Part shown: positions 56,814 through 61,313 of the stretch, one piece after another | How the letters are laid out: every line of letters begins with the position of its first letter | Position numbering within the stretch: position 1 is the stretch's first letter | IMG/VR virus record: IMGVR_UViG_3300046695_000002 | Coordinates: 1-61,313 of that record | Source of the DNA: a virus | Taxonomy: Duplodnaviria > Caudoviricetes | Direction: 5' to 3' (one strand) | DNA length: 61,313 nt | Position numbers and translations under genes: made by a program | The notes under the pieces: generated by a model | Told to the model about the DNA's origin: nothing | Databases searched by the model: none | The model's input: only the letters and a program-made list of their open reading frames with translations

Positions 56814-58032
56814 TTACTTTCATTCTCTCATCCAACACGGACCAAATAATCTCATCGATCGTGCCGGCCCCCAGCATACGGACTATATGAATGTGCGATC
56901 CCACACTGCCGATTCTATGGATCCGATCCTGGCTCTGGATCCAATACGTAGGCGAAAAAGGCAGTTCAATGTAAAGGGCTGTTTTAGCTACTTGTAAATT
57001 TAGTCCTACGCCGCCAGCTTGCATATTACAGATTAATCTTTTTACCATAGCTTGTGAAAACTTGTCAACTATTTGTTGACGCTGCAGTCCGTTTATCTGT
57101 CCATGGATAACTTCTGATCCAGGAATTCTTTCTCTAAGTTCCTGAATTATGGATTGATGCCAAGCAAAAATCACTAGTGATTCATTTTCTGGAAAATTCT
57201 CGATCCACTCTATAGCTTGGTCAAGTTTTCCTTTAGCATTGGCTTGCATGACATGGGCAATGTGACCTGGTAAGGGCTGGCCGGTCCTCATCAGTTCCTT
57301 TACATGTTCTCTGTCTAATCGAAGGTTTTGAGCTACAATATCTTCATCGACTTCAACAAAGAGATTTGTATAAAGTTTAGGGGGTAAGTCTTTAAGTACA
57401 TCTTCTTTCTTATGACGTAGGCTTACTTTACTGAATACTTCTTTTAGGATCTCAGTGTTATTGAAACCAACGTATTTCTTTCTAGTGTAAGTAAATGGAG
57501 AATACTCTTCATTGCAGAATTCTTTCTGAAAACTAGCCTTCGTCCAATTTTTCATGTGGTCAGGCAACAATACTTTCAAGGTACAGAAATAATCCAAGCC
57601 TGATTTACTAGCCGGTGTGGCAGTAGCTAACCAAACTCTTTTGGCTTTAGGGATTATTTGTTCTAGGAAAACTTTACATCTCTTGGCGGATGGGTTCTTT
57701 AAACAGACATGCGATTCGTCAGCGATTACGCTGTCCCAATCCATCGACAAAATATCTTTAATAGCTGGAGTAATCAGCCGGTCCCAATTATGTACTTCCC
57801 AGTATTGAGCTTTATTATGATCAGCCCATTTCTCGATCTCTCTTTCCCAGTTTAGTTTAACTGATTTGGGGCACAGGACTAGTACATGTAAACCTTCTGT
57901 ATCTATCAGTTCATTAACTGCCGAGATCGCGATTATAGTTTTCCCTGTACCGGCATCACTAGCCAGTAAGGCCCGGTTCCTTGAGACTAAAAATTCAACG
58001 GCGGAATGTTGGAAAGAGAAAAGTTTATTCAT
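56794..58032 (-). CDS. SNF2-family (SF2) helicase
   Basis: DAGTGKT, CPKSV..NW..E, DESH, TATP, GGVGLNLQ, Q..DRIHRIG. Confidence 0.92.
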   Translation of the reverse strand: MNKLFSFQHSAVEFLVSRNRALLASDAGTGKTIIAISAVNELIDTEGLHVLVLCPKSVKLNWEREIEKWADHNKAQYWEVHNWDRLITPAIKDILSMDWDSVIADESHVCLKNPSAKRCKVFLEQIIPKAKRVWLATATPASKSGLDYFCTLKVLLPDHMKNWTKASFQKEFCNEEYSPFTYTRKKYVGFNNTEILKEVFSKVSLRHKKEDVLKDLPPKLYTNLFVEVDEDIVAQNLRLDREHVKELMRTGQPLPGHIAHVMQANAKGKLDQAIEWIENFPENESLVIFAWHQSIIQELRERIPGSEVIHGQINGLQRQQIVDKFSQAMVKRLICNMQAGGVGLNLQVAKTALYIELPFSPTYWIQSQDRIHRIGSVGSHIHIVRMLGAGTIDEIIWSVLDERMKVISEVGV

Positions 58033-58049
58033 ATAAATGAGGCTGTGAT

Positions 58050-58382
58050 TTACTTATTTTCGTTGTGCATTCCATGCATATAGCCTTGTAGGAATACCCA
58101 TTGAAACCTTTCTAAGTCAGACCATAAGTGCCAGAACTCTGAAGGAGACTTTATAAAGGTTTCCAATCCTTTCTTTAAGGTAGCCGCCCTCTTCTCGTCC
58201 ATAAACAACAGAAAGTTAGAATTTAAAAAGAACGAAGCAGCAGCGGCCTTATCTGTCTCCATTAAGTATTCAAAAGTATCTATATGTTGCTTACCCTCTT
58301 CGCTTAAATGATCTGCTAAGTCTTGCAAAACATCGTAATGTTCAGAGCAATCTTCACCATTAGTCATTTTCACCCCTTGCAT
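58050..58382 (-). CDS. hypothetical protein
   Basis: First gene after the leftward promoter. Confidence 0.6.
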   Translation of the reverse strand: MQGVKMTNGEDCSEHYDVLQDLADHLSEEGKQHIDTFEYLMETDKAAAASFFLNSNFLLFMDEKRAATLKKGLETFIKSPSEFWHLWSDLERFQWVFLQGYMHGMHNENK

Positions 58383-58398
58383 TTTTAATTACTGAGAC

Positions 58399-58428
58399 AG
58401 TATGGTTTGTTGTGCTACTGGGTGTCAA
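58399..58428 (-). promoter_or_regulatory. leftward early sigma70-like promoter
   Basis: TTGACA-18 nt-CATACT in the divergent gap. Confidence 0.6.
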
Positions 58429-58445
58429 GTATTGTCGGAGGTTGG

Positions 58446-58631
58446 ATGAATTTAAAAATTAATGGATTAGAAAAAGAACGTGAGGTTCAGGGTGCTGCCT
58501 GTATGGGTATTCGCTTTGGACCGAAACTAAAAAAAGAATTGCAAAAGCTTGCAAAAGAGCAAGAGCGATCTGTTTCTTATGTTGTTCGAATGTTGATTAT
58601 CGAAGCACTTGCGTCACGTAACCGAGCTTAA
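58446..58631 (+). CDS. ribbon-helix-helix (CopG/Arc-like) regulator
   Basis: MGIRFGPKLKKELQKLAKEQERSVSYVVRMLIIEAL; RBS GGAGGT before ATG 58446. Confidence 0.8.
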   Translation: MNLKINGLEKEREVQGAACMGIRFGPKLKKELQKLAKEQERSVSYVVRMLIIEALASRNRA

Positions 58632-58665
58632 ATCTACTTTTTAAAATCCATAGGTCTTAACAAGG

Positions 58666-61101
58666 ATGGAACAAACTGAGGTTGTTACTGATGAACTGCG
58701 CTCTTTTTTTGATCGGTTTAGCTACATACTAGTCACTATATCCATTCAGCCTGAAGTAGAAGGTTCTCAGGTACCTTCAGGTAAATGGTTTTCACAGGCC
58801 AATAGAATAAGAGCTGTAACTTTAGAGACTTTTTACTCGGCTCGTTTTCAGCTAGAGCTTCAAAATGCTAACTTAAACGGCTGTGCTATTTGGTTCATGG
58901 TGAATGAAGGGAATGGCTTACCAGCTCCCGATGCTGAGCCGGGCATACTAAATTGTGGCAAACGAGTCAATGTAACTAAGTTTACAGCCCTCACTATCGA
59001 TACAGATAACGCTGACTCTAAGCAGCTCCTTGCCAAATTGACTGAATTAAGTCTTCTTCCGCATGTCCTTACGGAGACAAGTCCAGGAAAATATCATTTC
59101 TATTTTTTTCTGGAACCAGAGAAAGCTGAAGGAGATTCCATTCTTCAATTCAAAGCTTTACAAAAAAAGTTAGCTTCTCTCGTTCCTGATCTAGATCAAT
59201 CTCTTACTGATATAAACCAAGTTTTACGTGTACCAGGATTTTTCAATCTTAAGCCAGGTAGATTACCCTTTAAGGTTCACGTTCTTAGATCCGGCATACA
59301 CGCTCTCTATAACTTAAAGTTTACTTTTGATCGATTAGAAGCACATTTGTTTCTAGATAGCTTAGTTAAGGCGAATGGTAATCATGTTTCTGCTTTCACT
59401 AAGTTTGAGTTTCCAACAGGGTATTTAAAAAAAGGTGAACGTAGAAAAGAGATTACTCGTTACATTGAACATCTAATGGGTAATCGTTTTGCACTAGATG
59501 CACCCGAGATTGATTATTGGCTGGCTGTAGATGGATATGTTCACAATTATATTCAGCCATCCGAACGCGCTGATTTTATTACCGGGGGATCTAGAAGACC
59601 TAATATAGAGCAATACTTTCATGATCAACGAGCTAGAAGATTAAAGCTTAAACTAGAACGTGATACTCAGCTCGCGTTGAAGCAATTCGATCACATCACT
59701 GCTGTTGAAGAATCCCGGCTTCCAGATGAATTTTATTTATCATTTCCAGGCGACTTAGGCCGGGTGACTAATGAAATACATGCATTCGGTCCTACGATTT
59801 CATTAGAGCTTTGTTTTGCTACGGCTTTATGTGTGTGTGGTGCGCTTAAAGCAGAAGTATTTCGTTTTGAAGATGCTTGGCCCATGGTGAATGGTATTAT
59901 TATCGCACCACCAGGCGCGGGTAAATCGAGTTTAAAAGGAGCTATTGAGAAGATACTTACCGAAGCTGGTTTATTAGGCCGGTTCCCTCAACTTTTAGAT
60001 TTCGCAAAGACAGTTCAAATGTTGCATTTGAATTTATATTCAGCAGGTGGTGTAGGCACGACTCTAGTAGATGAGGCTGGGGATTATATTTCCAGCATTA
60101 AGAATAAGAACTCCTCTAGTCATACTCAAGATTTAAAGAAGTATTATCGAGAAGCAACTACCGGCCCTTCTGAAGGAGTGAGGTTAACTCCGGGGGGTGC
60201 AGTAGCGTCTAACTATCCGCCGATTACTAATGGATTTCTCTCTTTATGGTTATTTATTCAGCCTGACAAATTTAAAGGATCTTTGTCTTTAGATGATATG
60301 AGTGATGGATTTCTGCCTAGATTCTTAGTTTTTAGAGGAAAATCAAGTTTCAAGTTTTTGTCCAAACAAAAGAATAAAGCTTTCGTTCCCTCGGCAGACT
60401 TCAAGATCTGGATCGAGCAGTACACTCAGCTTTTGGGGAATAGGGATCTAAAAGAAGTCTTGGAACGGATTAGGATAAGTGTCGTTCAAGGACATGGCCG
60501 GGGTAATCCTACAGGAGCGGTCAAGGAAGCACAGAGAGAGGCTGTGTACCAGCTGAGGACAGAAAATAGACTCACCCGGCAGATGATAGAGGTTAAGCTA
60601 ACTGACGAGTCTGAGGTGGCCTACAATGCCTATATGCTGGAATTGCAAAATAAAGTGGATGCTATCTTGGAAGAGAAGAATGAGTCGGATCCAAGGTTAG
60701 TGATTTTCAAGCGAGCCAAGGAAATGATCAATCGGCTTATTGGCTGTGGATCACCTATTAACGGAGTGGTCGAACTTGATCTGATGGAAGCTATCATCAG
60801 ATTTCATAGATTTGATATGGAACGCTTTTTTACTGGTGAGTTAGCTGCCATGACTCAAGACCAGGATATGGAAGACGTAATCAAGGCCGTGAAGTTAGCC
60901 TGCAAAAATAAGAATAGACCGGTCAGCATCGGCGAAGTGGTAAAGGCTTTGTCTTCTGGCTATCGGCCTAGAGCTTTCGAACAGCTTTTGAAAGAAGCAG
61001 TACGGCAAGGCCGTGTGTGGGAAGATGAAGTTCCTCATTCGAGAGAACGGAATAGGAAGGTCTTGTACTACCGGCCCCCTGTAGCTGAAGAAATAATCTG
61101 A
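58666..61101 (+). CDS. RepB-type (AEP) primase fused to a DUF3987-like P-loop helicase
   Basis: AEP motifs IDTD, ETSPGKYH.Y and VLRVPGF; Walker A APPGAGKS, Walker B LVDEAG, DGFLPRF; wHTH-like C-terminus. Confidence 0.85.
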   Translation: MEQTEVVTDELRSFFDRFSYILVTISIQPEVEGSQVPSGKWFSQANRIRAVTLETFYSARFQLELQNANLNGCAIWFMVNEGNGLPAPDAEPGILNCGKRVNVTKFTALTIDTDNADSKQLLAKLTELSLLPHVLTETSPGKYHFYFFLEPEKAEGDSILQFKALQKKLASLVPDLDQSLTDINQVLRVPGFFNLKPGRLPFKVHVLRSGIHALYNLKFTFDRLEAHLFLDSLVKANGNHVSAFTKFEFPTGYLKKGERRKEITRYIEHLMGNRFALDAPEIDYWLAVDGYVHNYIQPSERADFITGGSRRPNIEQYFHDQRARRLKLKLERDTQLALKQFDHITAVEESRLPDEFYLSFPGDLGRVTNEIHAFGPTISLELCFATALCVCGALKAEVFRFEDAWPMVNGIIIAPPGAGKSSLKGAIEKILTEAGLLGRFPQLLDFAKTVQMLHLNLYSAGGVGTTLVDEAGDYISSIKNKNSSSHTQDLKKYYREATTGPSEGVRLTPGGAVASNYPPITNGFLSLWLFIQPDKFKGSLSLDDMSDGFLPRFLVFRGKSSFKFLSKQKNKAFVPSADFKIWIEQYTQLLGNRDLKEVLERIRISVVQGHGRGNPTGAVKEAQREAVYQLRTENRLTRQMIEVKLTDESEVAYNAYMLELQNKVDAILEEKNESDPRLVIFKRAKEMINRLIGCGSPINGVVELDLMEAIIRFHRFDMERFFTGELAAMTQDQDMEDVIKAVKLACKNKNRPVSIGEVVKALSSGYRPRAFEQLLKEAVRQGRVWEDEVPHSRERNRKVLYYRPPVAEEII

Positions 61102-61313
61102 ACATGACGGGGTGGTGAAAGTGGCAACAAGGTGGCAAGGCTTATGCCACCTTGTTATTCTTATTAATATTAATAGGTTAGCTATTGTTTTTAATACTAA
61201 GTGGCGAGGTGGTGCTACTATAGATATATATATACTAAAATGAATGAAAATGTAGGGAAAAAGAGAAGTATATATTTGAATACAAAATGTACGCCACTAC
61301 ACCACCTTGAAAA
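61102..61313. other. putative replication origin
   Basis: Perfect 12-bp inverted repeat at 61126-61156, several GTGG(C/T) iterons in both orientations and AT-rich tracts right after the primase gene. Confidence 0.5.

Noticed and set aside
690-57808. Many 60-135-aa ORFs nested in or antisense to long genes (e.g. 690-962, 5174-5419, 12274-12678, 26762-27040, 44896-45165, 53839-54210)
   Set aside because: They lie within well-supported genes and show no recognisable motifs
1-61313. tRNA genes, integrase/att sites, terminal direct repeats, alternative genetic code
   Set aside because: No cloverleaf or recombinase motifs were seen by eye, the window ends do not match each other, and genes are long and dense under the standard code with all three stops in use; tRNAscan-SE and HMM searches would be needed to exclude these formally

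Overview
The window looks like a complete or nearly complete ~61 kb tailed dsDNA phage genome (Caudoviricetes) with a podovirus-like layout, and no host genes or integrase are evident. The + strand (2.6-35.5 kb) carries the morphogenesis operon: portal, scaffold, a major capsid protein with a Cys-rich C-terminal extension, fibre/adhesin proteins, tail tube proteins and large ejection proteins, one with a lytic transglycosylase domain. The terminase large subunit is inverted on the - strand. The - strand (35.5-58.4 kb) carries early/replication and accessory genes: RuvC-like resolvase, HNH endonuclease, family A DNA polymerase, papain-like peptidase, adenine methyltransferase, a second adhesin-like cluster, SSB, DUF2800-like nuclease, SNF2 helicase and many small ORFs. 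A ribbon-helix-helix gene, a primase-helicase and a probable origin close the window, and a 69-bp tandem repeat opens it. The most notable observations are: (1) virion-type proteins with Sec signal peptides plus many Cys-tagged structural proteins, suggesting an export-dependent or disulfide-linked decoration system; (2) an orphan HI1420-type antitoxin fragment lacking its HTH and missed by the ORF track; (3) two families of short junction repeats that divide the early region into gene cassettes. All family assignments come from motif recognition by eye; no database searches were run.
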